64,000 bases of DNA, from contig CM060734.1 in assembly GCA_030704615.1 (NCBI GenBank), positions 15,872,001 to 15,936,000 on the forward strand. Direction: 5' to 3'. The notes under the pieces were generated by a model. That model was given only the letters and a program-made list of their open reading frames with translations. It was not told the origin of the DNA and ran no database searches. Within the stretch, counting starts at the first letter, position 1, and each line of letters starts with the position of its first letter. Source of the stretch: Takakia lepidozioides (Eukaryota; Plantae; Bryophyta). Positions 22,049 to 35,900 of the stretch are shown here, in pieces. Both the position numbers and the translations under genes were made by a program.

Positions 22049-23516
22049 ATGTCGGGGGTTGTGAATTCAAGTTCTGAGACGGGATCGTCTGGGGGGCGGA
22101 GGAAGAGAAAATGTGCCTACGAGCGGGATAGCCAGGTCAACAAGCCAGACCACCCGGGACCGGATGCCTTGGATAGGGTGAAAGAAGTGGTAGCGGATTA
22201 TTTCAAGGGTAGGGATATGATGAGGCTGGAGAGTGCTTATGTTAGGCATGGATTGGAGGGGTTTCAGATTTTCCAACAAAATATGGAGAGGAAAATGACA
22301 AACGCTTTGGCGGGGGCTAAGTGGACGGCGGACGAGGACAAACCGAAGTTCAATCGATGGATCCAAAGCAGGGCGAAAGACGCAACGTGGAATTTGAGGC
22401 AACTAATGAAGACATGGAAGAGTAGAACAACCGAGGGTCGAGTGCCCTCCGCCGAAGCCGAGTTAATGCAGCGTGTTGAGTATTGGGCTTGCTCGGCAAG
22501 TCAGAATTCACATCGCCGGACTAGGGTTGACCCTTGGAAGGCAAGGTCATCAGGCGGGGGAGGCACAATTGGTATTTATTACCTAAACTCTAGTGCGAAG
22601 GTAGTAGAGATTGGCCCTTACAAAGAAGGAGGGATGCTAAGTTCTGTCACTATAGGATTGTTGGCGATTCTAGAATACCGGAGCGTTGGGAGCTAGCGGG
22701 AAAAAAACCCAAGTCCAAAAATCCAGAAAAGGCGTTGAGACAACATAACGACGAGTGTTTGGCAGTGAAGTTCCAGCATCCGGGTGTTATCTCGTATTTT
22801 GCTGTGAATGCACGTGAGGTAGAGGGTTACACTTGCTGGTGGAATGGGAGGACAATACGCAACATGATGAACCTTGACAGAAAATGGGGCAACGATTCGG
22901 ACAACAGGGTGATTTTGGAACAAAAAGGAACGGAAGCAGAGTTCGAAGAATGCGATCGCTTGCTTCGTTTCCGGAAAGTGCGCAGTAAACTTGCATGGGC
23001 ACTGGTGTGCATCATAGATACTGTCCACAAGAACGGTGTCCTGCACAACGACTTGTCCCCCGACAACATCTTGTTACATTTTCCAGATGACACCGAGGAA
23101 ATCAAGATTGGGGTGTGTGATTGGGGCTTAGCCACCCCATTGGGCATACGCAAAGCCTCGTCGTACCAGTTTAAAAACCAAGACAAGCTGGACCGGGAAC
23201 TCGCGAAAAGATGGTGGGTGGAAAAAGATATTGCATCGGTTTTCAATGCGAATGCCACACACACCCCCCCCCCCCCCAAGACATGACGTCGGAGGCCTTT
23301 GCCGTTGGGAAGATAGCGGTACGAATAAATGACGGCGTTCATTATGATCAAAGTATGTTTCAGGACCAATTTACGGGAGGTTGTTGGCATTCAATGCTAC
23401 AAAGGTTGTACGACAACAACAAGAATGAGAGAGTCACATTAGCCCATGTAGTACTTCGGTTCATGGGCAAGCCATTCAATTGGCCTGAGCCGAAAGACGT
23501 ATATAAGATGGAGTAG
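22049..23516 (+). pseudogene. Protein kinase-like cargo gene (two frameshifts)
   Basis: Reconstructed: EIGPYKEGG/AKFCHYRI (P-loop, shift ~22634), ELAGKK (subdomain II Lys), HNDE (alphaC Glu), FQHPGVI, VLHNDLSPDNILL, CDWGLA, RWWVEKD, then shift in a C-run ~23270, TSEAFAVGKIA. Confidence 0.88.
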
Positions 23517-24601
23517 ACCATAGTCTCGTAGATATGACATTTCTGGCGGTACAATGGTTCTTTTATAAAGACATAACTCAATTTTGATCGTGCATGTAAT
23601 AAAAAAGGTTTCATTGTAAATACTACATTGCATATGCTCGACATTGGCACCTGTCATCACAACATAACTGGTTTGTGTACTGGCTCACTGTTTATATTTG
23701 TAATGTTCCAAGGTTTCGGATAGGGTTATGATAAAACGATGTATTAGTTCCGTAGGAGTTAGACAACAAACGTCTCCTCTCTTTCAACTGTGCGACACTA
23801 CCATGAAAGGCATAGATCGGAAAGTAATAGATGCACATGTGACCTTCGAACGTTTGATACTAGATCTCTACTTAAACGTGCGGAGATCGCATGTACATCT
23901 ATTATTTTTTTATCCATGTCACTCATGATAGTATCGCACAGTTGAATAAGATATGGAACGTTTGTTGTCCAACTCCTATGGATCCAATATATCATTTTTT
24001 CAGTACCCTGTCAGAAACATTGAAACATTCACAGTTACAAACAGTGCCACAATACACAGCCGGTTTTGTTGAAATGACATTTGTGAGATTCGAGCGTATG
24101 CAATTTATTATTTACAACGGAATTTTATTTACTCGGGGGACCGGTACTGCTGTTGGAGCGCAACTGATGGTGCGAGTTCTCTATTGATTGGAGCTGACAC
24201 AACCAATGTCAACAATCATATTTACGGTAAGGTGTTTCATGCTATTGTTGTTCCTCTAGTTGAATTCTGTAGTACTCTTTTTGCTATTCCTATGCCAACG
24301 TCCTTTGAGACTGTCATGTTCAAACGGACGTATCAGCCACCCCGGCCAGCTTGCAGGTTGCAGCCATGGCCCACCATAAATTGAATGAATTGGAGATTTT
24401 GTGCGAAGTTCCTGGTTTCATGTCCGTGGTGGCTGATATGGAATTCGGAATATGGCAGTCGCAGTGGACCTGATGTTGTTGGCATGAGAGTAGCAAAACG
24501 ATTCCTAAATAATTCTACTACATGAACATTGGCAGTATGAAACACCTTGCAGTACATATGATTCTTGATATTGTTTGCACGGATTATTTGTGTTTGTGCT
24601 T

Positions 24602-25815
24602 TCAAGTGGCGAACATCATGGGGCGCACAAGGTGCAGTATGCAAATGTTGGAATGTACAGTAGAACCCTTCCCACTGGGACGATCGAACATAAAATTCAC
24701 ATCTGCCCAATTGGTATACCCGGCGAACACGCTTGATGCGATGCGGAGATCGTTATACCTTTGCATGTTGGCATAAATGCTATCCACGCTACGGTTCGAC
24801 ATGCGTGCGATACGTTGCAAGCCTGACAGTGCCCGCTCTACCCGTGCTTCTTTGGAGGCCAAATGGGTCGTCCATTGTACCCAATTCTCCCAATCGCTAT
24901 TCAATGGGATCCATGCTTGAATCTCCAGCGTTTTGGACAAGCGCCATGCAGTTGTCATGGCAATGTCCCACTCCTTTGTAACATGGTCGACATCTAATAT
25001 CGGGTTCATCTCCGATTGAAAGACGACCCTCGAGCATTCCCCGGTTTCCACTACTGGTTTTTTTTCTTTTCTCCTTCTCTCATCCGCAATTCGTTGTTCC
25101 TCAACCATGGTTTCATCGGCCACAGGGTCAAGGACGTTCGTAACTTCCTGAATGCTGAGGTCAATACTGCGATCGGGCATCCTCATTGTGGACAACAGTG
25201 CCTTCATTGTTTGGAGGCATATCTTGCAATGTAGCTTCCAACTCGGCTATGCGCAGTGTTTGCCAGTCTAGTCGGTCCTGCAGGGTCCTGATTCGCTGGT
25301 CTCTTTCCGCCAGTTGTTCCTCTAACGTTGCAGCCGGTTGTATTCCGAACGTGTCCGGGATGTACTCCAAATCGTATAACAACCTTGCGTTCCTCCTACT
25401 AGCAGTTTGCCAATTCACTGGACGCAAGAGTATGACCTCCACGTACAACATGGCTGCCAAGGTGTACGGGATTTGACCATTTAAGAGAGGTTGACCCCGC
25501 AATGTGCAATGCACCTTATTCGCCTTATGCTGGAAATGATCGTTCGTGCAAGACCTAGACTCTTGCGTAATTGTTTTGGGTTTGCACGTCATGCCTATCC
25601 AAAGGCCACAATCGATTGATGTGATATCATTTCACGAATTTTTTGCATCTCGCCATCGGCCACCGGAACTCTTCCGGAACATCCTCCCAGACCTCTTCTA
25701 CTAGTATGCTAGAGTCACCAAATACTTCTCAATTCAAGTCTTGCCTTCACCCTTTAATTTTCTTAGGGGGCGGTCCATGTTCATTGGGGTCATCTCTTCC
25801 ATGACGGTCATTGTC
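24602..25815 (-). pseudogene. Unknown cargo gene with coiled-coil (frameshifted)
   Basis: Overlapping ORFs 25161..25592 and 24602..25207 with natural composition, coiled-coil LEEQLAERDQRIRTLQDRL; upstream stops; TATAAG on - strand at ~26150; no family recognised. Confidence 0.5.
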
Positions 25816-26199
25816 CTGGACCTCTACCATTCTACAACAATCAGAGCAACACTAAACGAGGTTTTCTAAAAAGACGTAACTCTAAACCCTTCCCCCGTTA
25901 AGTAGGTTTGAGTAGGTGTCAAAATACTTCCTAAAAGCTAATTTTGTAGAATAAAATGATCATGGAAGCCAGAGGAGGGCCTATGGGAGCATTCTGCAAC
26001 GACCTCACAGAAATCAAGGCAAAAAATACCCCTCACCCAACCAATGGCCTCCTTCTCCACGTGATTACGAGTCGTCGAATAATGAAATGTCACGCACACA
26101 GAAGTTGGGTGGAGAGGAAGTGAGGGGAGAATAAGCATCCCTTGGCTTATATCCCCCCCGCCCTCATTTCTCGGGTCACGTGCAGGGCGAATCTTCTAG

Positions 26200-28082
26200 A
26201 AACGACCGCCAACTTGGCAGTCGCTCGATTTTCCGGGAAAAAAAAAAAAAAAAAAAAAAACGTCCGCCTCAACAGGCGATCGCTCCATTTACCGGAATTT
26301 TTTTAAAATAAAACGACCGTCAACATAGGCCGTCGCTTCATTTTAAAAAAATTAAAAAAATAAGCAACCCCCAACAATCGCGGTCGCTTCATTTTTTAAA
26401 AATTCAAAAAAAATAAGCGACCGCCAGCATTGGCGGTCGCTTCATTTTCAAAACATTTAGAATAAATAAGCGACCGCCAACATAGGCGGTCGCTTCATTT
26501 CAAAAAAAATAAAAAAAAATAAGCGACCGCAACATAGGCAGTCGTTTCATTTAAAAATAAATAAGCGACCGCCAGCATAGACGGTCGCTTCATTTACAAA
26601 ACATTAAAAATAAATAAGCGACCGCCAACATTGACGGTTGCTTCACTTTTTAAAAAAATTAAAAAAAAATAAGCGACCGCCAAAAAAAGGCAGTCGCTTC
26701 ATTTTATTTTATTTTTAAAAGAAAAGAAAAAAAGAACCGGAAACATAAGGGGTCGCTTCATTTTGAAAACCTTTAAAACAAATAAGCGACCGCCAACATA
26801 GGCGGTCGCTACATTAAAATAAAAATAAAAATAAATAAGCGACCGCCAGCATAGGCGGTCGCTTCATTTTCAAAACATTTAAAATAAATAAGCGACCGCC
26901 AACATAGGCGGTCGCTTCACTTTCAAAAACTTTAAAAAAAAAAGTGACCGCCAACATAGACGATCGCTTCATTAAAAAAAAATAAAAAAAAATAAGCGAC
27001 CGCAAACATAGGCGGTCGCTTCATTTAAAATAAATTAAAATAAATAAGCTAACGCCAACGTAGGCAATCGCTTCATTTTCAAAAAATTAAAATAAAAAAG
27101 CGACCGCCAACATAGGCGGTCGCTTCATTTTAAAAAAATTAAAAAAAATAAGCGAACGCCAACATAGTCGGTTGCTTCATTTAAAAAAAATTAAAAAAAA
27201 TAAGCGACCGCCAACATAGGCGGTCGCTACATTAGAAAAAAAAATTTAAAAAAAAAAGTGACCGCCAACATAGGCGGTCGCTTCATTTTCAAAACATTTA
27301 AAATAAATAAGCGACCGCCACCATAGGCGGTCGCTTTATTTTCAAAAACTTAAAAAAAAATAAGCGACCGCCAACATAGGCTGTCGCTTGATTAAAAAAA
27401 AAATTAAAAAAAATAAGTGACCACCAGCATAGGCGGTCGCTTCATTTTCAAAACATTTAAAATAAATAAGCGACCGCCACCATAGGCGGTCGCTTCATTT
27501 TCAAAAACTTAAAAAAAAATAAGCGACCGCCGACATAGGCGGTCGCTTCATTTTATTTTATTTTATTTAAAAAAAATGACCGCCAGTGTAGGCGGTCGCT
27601 TCATTTCCAAAATAATTAAAATAAAAGCGACCGCCAGTAATGGCGGTCGCCCCATTTCCGAAAATAAAAAAATAAAAGCGACCGCCAGTAATGGCGGTCG
27701 CTGCATCTTAAAAAATAACCATCACAACGACCGCCATAAATGGCGGTCGCTGCATTTTGTAAAAACAAAAACTGCCAGTAATGGAAGTGAGGGGAAAATG
27801 ACTGGGGGCTTATATTTCCCCCCCCCCCTCCATTCCTCGCTTCACGCGCACGGCAGACCTTGTAGAAGCGACCGCCACCATGGTGGTCGCTTCATTTAAA
27901 AAACAAAAAAAAACGACCGCCAGTAATGGCGATCGCTGCATTTATAAAAAAAAAAAAAAACTTCAAGCGAAGTGAGGAGAGAATGTCCCGGAGCTTATAT
28001 GTCCCCCTCCCCCCCGCCTCACTCCTTGCTCCATGCGCAGGTTACACTTAGTAGAAGCGACCGCCATCTTGGCAGTCGCTCC
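26200..28082. repeat. Internal array of ~30 AAGCGACCGCCAACATAGGCGGTCGCTT palindromes with A-tract linkers (~53-bp period)
   Basis: Directly visible, e.g. units at ~26417, 26470, 26523. Confidence 0.95.
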
Positions 28083-28399
28083 ATTTAAATAAAAATGAAT
28101 GCACAGTTGGAAGCATGACACAATTGTTCTCCATTCCACAAGCAAATCACCGAACACAAACATGAGCAAGTAACGGTGCCTTTGGCCGACATTTTGGCTG
28201 GTATACATATGGGCAACATCTTTTATTTTTCAACACATACACAACAGCAATACAAATACTCATAGTGACGATGATCACATTGGTATTACTTCAGTACAGA
28301 AATATAAACATGTCCATTAAAAAGTGCGGATGCATGCCTACAACTGTTTTGCTTCAATTCCTTCTACTGCTTCGACGGCGGGACGAAGAAGATCCTAAT

Positions 28400-30075
28400 C
28401 CTAATGCTCCGATGGGTTGAAAATCCGGATCACCCTCGACTTCACCACCGTTGTCATGATCAGTGCTGGAATCGTCCTCCCTATCCGACCTCATATGTCC
28501 AGGCCTTTGAATCTGCAAGCGACCTCAAACCACATTTAGTTATCTTTGAGGTCGACTTTCGCTCCGGTCTTGAATACCATCCACGGTATCTGGCCTCTTT
28601 GTGGGCCGATCGCCTACAAAAGGTTGGACTGTTCTCTGTCGTTTATGGACTTGGAACGCAATCGAAGGTGGTCTCGAAAGAGGTACTGGAGAGGGGACTG
28701 CCCGAGATGGACCGGCATTAGATGGTCCGACATATGAGAAACCACGGGTCTGCTGCGCAACACGTTGGTTAAGGTGGAATTGTAGTGGCAGGTTGTCATC
28801 ATCCGAGGCTTCAACTTCTGCCCGGTCCAATGCAGCAGAATGATGCATGCGTGTGGAAAACAGATCAACCCTATTGCTCCTTAATGCCCGATGTGTTGAT
28901 GGGGAGCTGGATCGGTTTTGGCATTGTGGTGGAGTTGGTCGTATTGGTGAGGCATGATCCCGTCCCGTCGACTGTACAATGGGTTCGACACCATCATTTG
29001 TATGAACATGGTTGCGTACGTCGATCGGTTCTGACAGTACATCACCCACTGTTCTTTTCCCCAATCTTCCAAAATGAGCTTAAGGATATGAGCAGCACAA
29101 CCTTGATAGTACATATAGGGATAACGTGCCAAGAACATGTCTGCAGTGTTTTTCATGTTAGCGGCATTGTCTGTGCATATTTGCACGATTCTATCACTTC
29201 CGACCTGTTCGATGAAGTCCGTCAATAGTTGGCATTGATAATGTCCATCTTTCTTCTCGCCGCTAGTGTCGACCGATCCCAAGAATTGTTCCCCAGCTGG
29301 ACATACGAGCATGACATTGAACAACGGTCTGTTTGTGACAGAACTCCAACCATCGGCACATATAGTGCTTCCATGTTTTCTGATGCACTCGCCCGTCCTA
29401 TCGTTGACCTTTTGGATAAGCTCGGTCATGGCGTTTTCTAGCAATCATGTGCGGAAATTGTGATAAGTCGGAGGCACATACGTGGATCTGGACTCCGAGG
29501 TTGCTCTAACGGCAGAAACGAATGCCGGAAGCCTTGCCACATTAAATGGTATATTGGCATCGAAGAAAAATTGCGCCCATTTTTTATCCAACTGTCTTTT
29601 CACAGACAAGTTAAGACCTTCTTGCATGGATTGCTGCCGTAATCATCTACTCCGTTAAAGTGTAAGGGTACAAAGAGGTGTTGAAGCAGGTGATGCTCCG
29701 ACACAACCCATTTGTCCAAGGATACCCGAAGCCTCACAAGAGTCGCCCTGGGTATTAATCGGGGCATCTTGACGGGAAGATGGAGTGTTCTGCTCAGAGG
29801 TCATGTCCAGATCCAAAGACATTGGAATATTGTCTCCACACAGGGCAAAGTGACTTTTTACCCACATAGATGCTTTGGGGCATAAACCCACCCCAGCGCT
29901 CTTCACACCTTTATAGCCGAGGTGAGCGAGCAACCGATCCTTACGATAAGAAACTTTAATCCATATAGGTTGCACTCAACACTACCAGTGGCACTGACAC
30001 TGTTCAGGATTGCCGTATACCAAGGGCTCCATTCCTCCCTCATCTTCACCCAATATCCACTCCCTTGGGACCTAG
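28400..30075 (-). pseudogene. hAT transposase (BED-finger remnant plus DUF659/RNase H-like core), frameshifted and internally deleted
   Basis: RKDRLLAHL; WAQFFFDANIPFNVA...VPPTYHNFRT; STICADGWSSVTNRPLFNVM...IVQICTDNAANM...GCAAHILKLILEDWGK; similarity lost after ~29030. Confidence 0.9.
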
Positions 30076-30475
30076 CGATGCAAGCAACAAAAAATAATCA
30101 CCTATAAATGAACGTGTTGTGAATGTAGAGTGCAATGCGATAGCCCAACACTTCTATACCTGTCAGCAATCCAAGTGGGTCGATGTGGGTTGTAGTGTTG
30201 AGCTTATACACAATCTGCTGAAGTGGCTTTGGTGGAAGCCACAACGGCAAAAGGTGCGCACCCTCCTCTTGGGCTACACTCTCGTTCAATGGAAGAGAAC
30301 ATCCAAAGCAACCTCAAGTGTTTGCGCCAAAAGAAGTGAGGAGTTTGGTGACCCTCATCCCTTATATATGATCCAAGAGGGATGAAAGTGAAATGAAAAT
30401 GAAATGAATAAATGACGAACCAATAGCACCCACTTGAAAAAAACTGTACAACCATATTTGTTGTAATTTTGAAAT

Positions 30476-32800
30476 TAAGCGACCGCTAATACTACGGTCG
30501 ATATATATTTTTTTAATGAAAAACAAACGACCGCCACTACTGCGGTCGCTTTTACTTCCTTTCAGTTGTCCAATATTGCGGTCACTTCTATTTTGTATTT
30601 TTTAAATTATTTTTTATTTCAAAATATAATACGACTGCCGGTATGGCGGTCGCTTCATTTATTAATATTTTTTTAAATAAAGCGACTGCCAATATGGAGG
30701 TCGTTTTTATTTTTAATATTTAAAAAAAAATGCGACCGCCATTAAGGCGGTCGCTTTTAATCTTTATATTTTATGGCGGTCGTTTGTTTTTCTATATATT
30801 TTTGAAATTATCCGACCGCCATATGGCGGTCGCTTGTTCTGTACATATTTACAAAATTGTGCGACTGCCAATACGGCAGTCACTTGTTTTCTTTTTTAAA
30901 TTAGGCGACCGCCAATCTTGTTTTTTTTTAAATAAATTGAAGCGACCGCCAAGATAGCGGTCGCTATTTTATTTTTTAATTCGAAAAATAAAGCGACTGC
31001 CAAGATAGTGGTCGCTATTTCTTTTATTAATTCGAAAAATAAAGCGACCGCCAGTGCGACCGCCAATCTTGCTTTGAAAAAGAAAATTGAAGCGACCGCC
31101 AATATGGCGGTCGCTATTTTTTTTTTAATTTCGAAAAACAAAGGTACCGCCATAATTGGCGGTCGCGTTCATTTTGTTAATTTTAAAAAATGTATTTGCC
31201 ACCTTGCGACCGCCAATACAGCAGTCGCTTGTTTTCTTTTTTAAATTAGGCGACCGCCAATACGCCTGCCAATCTTGTTTTTTTAAGGAAATAAATTGAA
31301 GCGACCGCCAACATAGCAGTCGCTATTTGTTTTTTTAATTCAAAAAATAAGGCGACCGCCAGTGCGACCGCCAATCTTGCTTTAAGAAAAAAAACATTTG
31401 AAGCGACCGCCAATATGGCGGTCGCTATTTCTTTTTCTATTTCGGAAAGAAAAAGCGACTGCTAGTGCGACTGCCAATGAAAGTGAAATGAATAAATGAC
31501 GAACCAACAGCGCCCACCCAAAAAAGGCTGTACAACCATATTTGTTTGTAATTTTGAAATTAAGCGACCGCTAATACTACGGTCCGTAGTTTTATTTTTT
31601 ATGAAAAACAAGCGACCGCCACTACTGCGGTCGCTTTTATTTCCTTTCATTTTGTGCAAAATTGCGGTCACTTCTATTTTGTATATTTTTAAATTTAAGC
31701 GACCGCCAAGATTGCGGTCGTTATTTTTTTTTAATTCAAAAAATAAAACGACCGCTAGTACGACCGCCAATCTTGCTTTTATTAAAAACAAATTTGAGGC
31801 GGTCGCTATTTCTTTTTCTATTTCGAAAAATAAAGCGGCCGCCAGTGCGACCGCCAATCTTGCTTTAAAAAAAAAACAATTGAAGCGACCCCCAATACGG
31901 CGGTCGCTATTTCTTTTTTAATTTCGAAAAGTAAAGCGACCGCCATAATTCGTGGTCGCGTTCATTTTGTTAATTTTCAAAAATGTATTTGCCACCGTAC
32001 GACCGCCAATACGGCAGTCGCTTGTTTTCTTTTTTAAATTAGGCGACCGCCAATACGATTGCCAATCTTGTTTTTTTTAAACAATAAATTGAAGTGACCG
32101 CCAGCATAGCGGTCGCTATTTGTTTTTTTAATTCGAAAAATAAGGCGACCACTAGTGCGACCGCCAATCTTGCTTTTTTTTTTAAAAAAATTGAAGCGAC
32201 CGCCAATATGGGGGTTGCTATGTCTTTTTCTATTTCGAAAAATAAAGCGACCGCCGTGCTACCGCCAATCTTGCTTTAAAAAAAATAAAAATTGAAGCGA
32301 CCGCCAATACGGCGGTCGCTATTTATTTTTTAATTTCGAAAAACAAAGCGACCGCCATAATGGGCGGTCGCGTTCATTTTGTTAATTTTCAAAAATGTAT
32401 TTGCCACCGTGCGACCGCCAATACGGCAGTCACTTGTTTTCTTTTTTAAATTAGGCGACCGCCAATACGACTGCCAATCTTGTTTTTTTAAAACAATAAA
32501 TTGAAGCGACCGCCAGCATAGCGGTCGCTATTTGTTTTTTTAATTCGAAAAATAAGGCGACCGCCAATCTTGCTTTAAAAAAAAAACATTTGAAGCGACC
32601 GCCAATATGGCAGTCGTTATGTCTTTTTCTATTTCGAAAAATAAGGCGACCGCCGTGCTACCGCCAATCTTGCTTTAAAAAAAATAAAAATTGAAGCAAC
32701 CGCCAATACGGCGGTCGCTATTTCTTTTTTATTTTCGAAAAACAAATCGAAATGGCGGTCGTGTTCATTTTGTTAATTTTCAAAATGTATTTGCCACCGC
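30476..32800. repeat. Right subterminal GCGACCGCC/GGCGGTCGC array with higher-order duplications
   Basis: Dozens of full and half palindromes; 30395-30610 is repeated at ~31480-31695; blocks of ~400 bp recur (ATGTATTTGCCACC at ~31190, 31983, 32396, 32785). Confidence 0.93.
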
Positions 32801-32954
32801 CACCGTGTCGGCGACGTGGCTGCTTAAGTGGCAGTATTTTACCTAGTATTATTTTCACCAGAATATTCCCCGAACCTGACGTGACGGAGGTCCCGTCAGC
32901 GTCAGGTCTGACGTGACCTAACGCTGACTGACGGACATGACGCTGATAACCGGG

Positions 32955-35900
32955 GAGTGGGGTCCCCCAAATGAAAATGAAATCCAGCTCATCACTGAGG
33001 TACTTGCCGGGAATGAGGACATGGTATATATACCTGGAAAACACACCCAAATGAACAATTTCATGAAGGCCACAGTCCATCAGACACAAAAGCAAGCTGG
33101 AAAAACGCAGAACCTCGATCAACCTTGCGTCGACGCAAGGTTGTTTGAGCCATCACAACAAACTGCCCAAACAAACCATGAAAACACATAATTGGTCTAT
33201 TGTGAGCAATGAACAAATACAATCAAGCCTCAATCAACCTTGCGTTAACACAAGGTTGAAATGAGTCTGTAAAATGAATATTGAAAAGCAGAATTTGAAA
33301 CGAAGAGACAATGGAAAAGAAGACAACGAACGGAAAATTTACTTCTGCATGGAGGCAAATCTCAAAAATACTGTTCCGCTGGACCTGCTTTGAACTGGAC
33401 CTGCTTTCAACCTTGCGTCAACGCAAGGTTGGGACATGCTTGGAGAAGTAGCATACAACCAACAAGGATATGGTAATAGAGTACACAATCATCAGCCCGA
33501 ATCAACCTTGCGTTGACGCAACGAGTACGAAAAACGCAACCAAAAAACACCGCACTCAAGAAACATGATACCTGTACAAGACTCGCTTCATAGTTTGCTC
33601 GCTGTTGTACTGATTCTTGAACTCATTCGACCTGGAAATGCCTTTGTCTCTTTCAAACTCCCTGAAGAAACAGTTGTTCCATATTGCACCTTTCCATCTC
33701 CGAATGTATTGCTCAAGAGAGATTTTTGGTGTTGTCATGGTGATTTTGTAGTCAGTCATGGACTCTCCCAGTGCTGCCATAACACGCTTCTCCAGCTGCC
33801 CCAACAAGGTGAATGTGAAGCTACGGAGGTAAACAACACGAAATTACTGGAAAAATACAAACTGCCAGAAGAAATCGGTTGTTTCTCTCACCTGGCTCCA
33901 GAATGTAGCTTTGTGAAGCCATTGGTTGAAGGAGTGGTCGCGCACCACTTTTATCACATTGGTTTTGGGGTCTTTTTCTGTTCTTGGAAACCCATACGTG
34001 TCCTTCACCAGAGGATCCGAGTTCCAAATCTCCAACCATCTAATTTTGGTTGAGGTGTCCACCATTGAAATGGACAGGCGATGCAGTTTCTCTTGAGTCA
34101 TTTCGGGTTTAGTTCCATACTTGTCGTAGTGCACTTTCACCTGCTCCAGGAACTCTGAGCCGAGACCTGGATCTGCAATGCGGATTTGTTTGTCAAATGC
34201 ACTCAGCAGGTTCTTTCTGTGGTTATCCATCTCAAACCTGATTACTTCCGCCACCCCTACAACAGACCTCTCCTCCTCTGCGTGAGTGGTGTAGTATTCG
34301 GCCTTCGCCTTCAAGTCTCTCTCTGCTATCTCTTGTTGCAAACAATCCAAAATGTAGGATCCTTAAATTCAGATCCTTTGAATAGAGGGAACAAACTAGC
34401 CTGGATTTAAATTCGGTTTCGGTTTCTTTACCGTGTACATGTAGTCAAGAAATGCCTCTCTTGTCAGGCTATACCAGGTGACGAGCTTCTTCTCCCTGCA
34501 TCTCTTCATTTGACTTGGACTCAACACGTTCGCAAACAATTCCAGTGGCATCATACCGATCTTCTGGACCCGGAAAAGGGTGTGGCAGAGGTTGGTTGTT
34601 ACGTGGGAGGTTTTGTTTGATCTGCATTGGACAGTCACTTTGTCATTTAAGAAGAAAACAAACACAAACAGAGCATGGCAATCACATAATGCACAACAAC
34701 TTCGGAAAACTTACTTGTTGATGTCGTGCATGGCAGTCAGTAGCTGTGTGATTGGTCCTTTGTGATCCAGGACCATAGAATGAACGCTCCAGTGCCCACT
34801 CCTTTTCATCAGAGTGCAATTCGGATATGTAGTCCATCCAGGCAAGCAAGCGGCGATTGCCATCCCACACAAAAAACATCTTCCCCATGAAAACTTTCGT
34901 GGAAGCCTTCTTGGATAGTTTGGCCTCGAACTCCCTGTTTACTTCACGCCAACATGGATCCCAACTTTGCTCAATCTCTACTGATACATGGCACTCTTCT
35001 CCCTTCGTGTCAGTTGTGGAAACATATAACATCGCAGAGCCCTTCACTTATCCATGCACAAAATCATTTTTGAGTTTCCTTATGTCGTTTCTGAGTGCTG
35101 GCCGGACAGCGGGCATCGATATCATTCAGCACAGTGGGATAAGGAGATCTCCACCAGGAATTTCCATTGATAGGATGACCTTCGAAGAGTTCACCTTCTG
35201 TCCCCCGATAACAGCCTCTGCTCTGTCTGCGTAATGTTCGTCAATGCAATCTTCATCATCTTCATACTCTGCCTCTGCTCCGTCTCTGGCAGGGTCTTTC
35301 CTTTTCCTCTTCCTCTGCTAAAAACCGGAAGCTTTATCAGTCACAAAGTCTGGTATTAAACAAAAAGACAGCAAAACATGCAGTGGCAGGGCCCAAAACA
35401 ACCTTGCGTCAACGCAAGGTTGTTTTGAGGGCTTCAGCCGACGAGTATGACCTCAACAATATACAGTGAACAGAGTCCCACTCCAACCTTGTGTTAATGC
35501 AAGGTCGTTTCGTGGGCTTGCAAAGATAGACAGCAAAGATAGACAGTGGGAATGGAGGCAAAGAGAGATATTGGCAGGACTCCCAAAACAACCTTGCGTC
35601 AACGCAAGGTTGTTTTGTGAGCTTCAAACGTTAAAAAAAAGTAGAACAAATCGACACTGGAATCTAGCCCAAATCAACCTTGCGTTGACGCAGGGTTGTT
35701 TGTTGGGCTTGCAACGATGGGAATAGAGGCAAAGAGAGACAACGACAAGACTCCCAAACTACCTTGCGTCAACGCAAGGTTGTTTTGTGAGCTTCATACA
35801 ATCAAAAAGTAGATCAAAACGACACTGGACTGTAGCCCAAATCAACCTTGCATTGACACAAGGTTGTTTGTGGGGCTTGCAACAGTGGGAATGGAGGCAA

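Larger units (their letters stand above)
20880..32954. mobile_element. ~12-kb hAT-superfamily DNA transposon with cargo genes
   Basis: 8-bp TSD GAGTGGGG at 20872-20879 and 32955-32962; imperfect TIR CCTAGTTATCA / CCCGGTTATCA (reverse complement); DUF659-type transposase inside; subterminal palindrome arrays. Confidence 0.92.

Noticed and set aside
26200-28082. CRISPR-like array of palindromic repeats with spacers (also 21070-21430, 30476-32800, 40940-41980)
   Set aside because: Linkers are low-complexity A/T tracts, not unique spacers; no cas genes; eukaryotic context; the arrays belong to a hAT element
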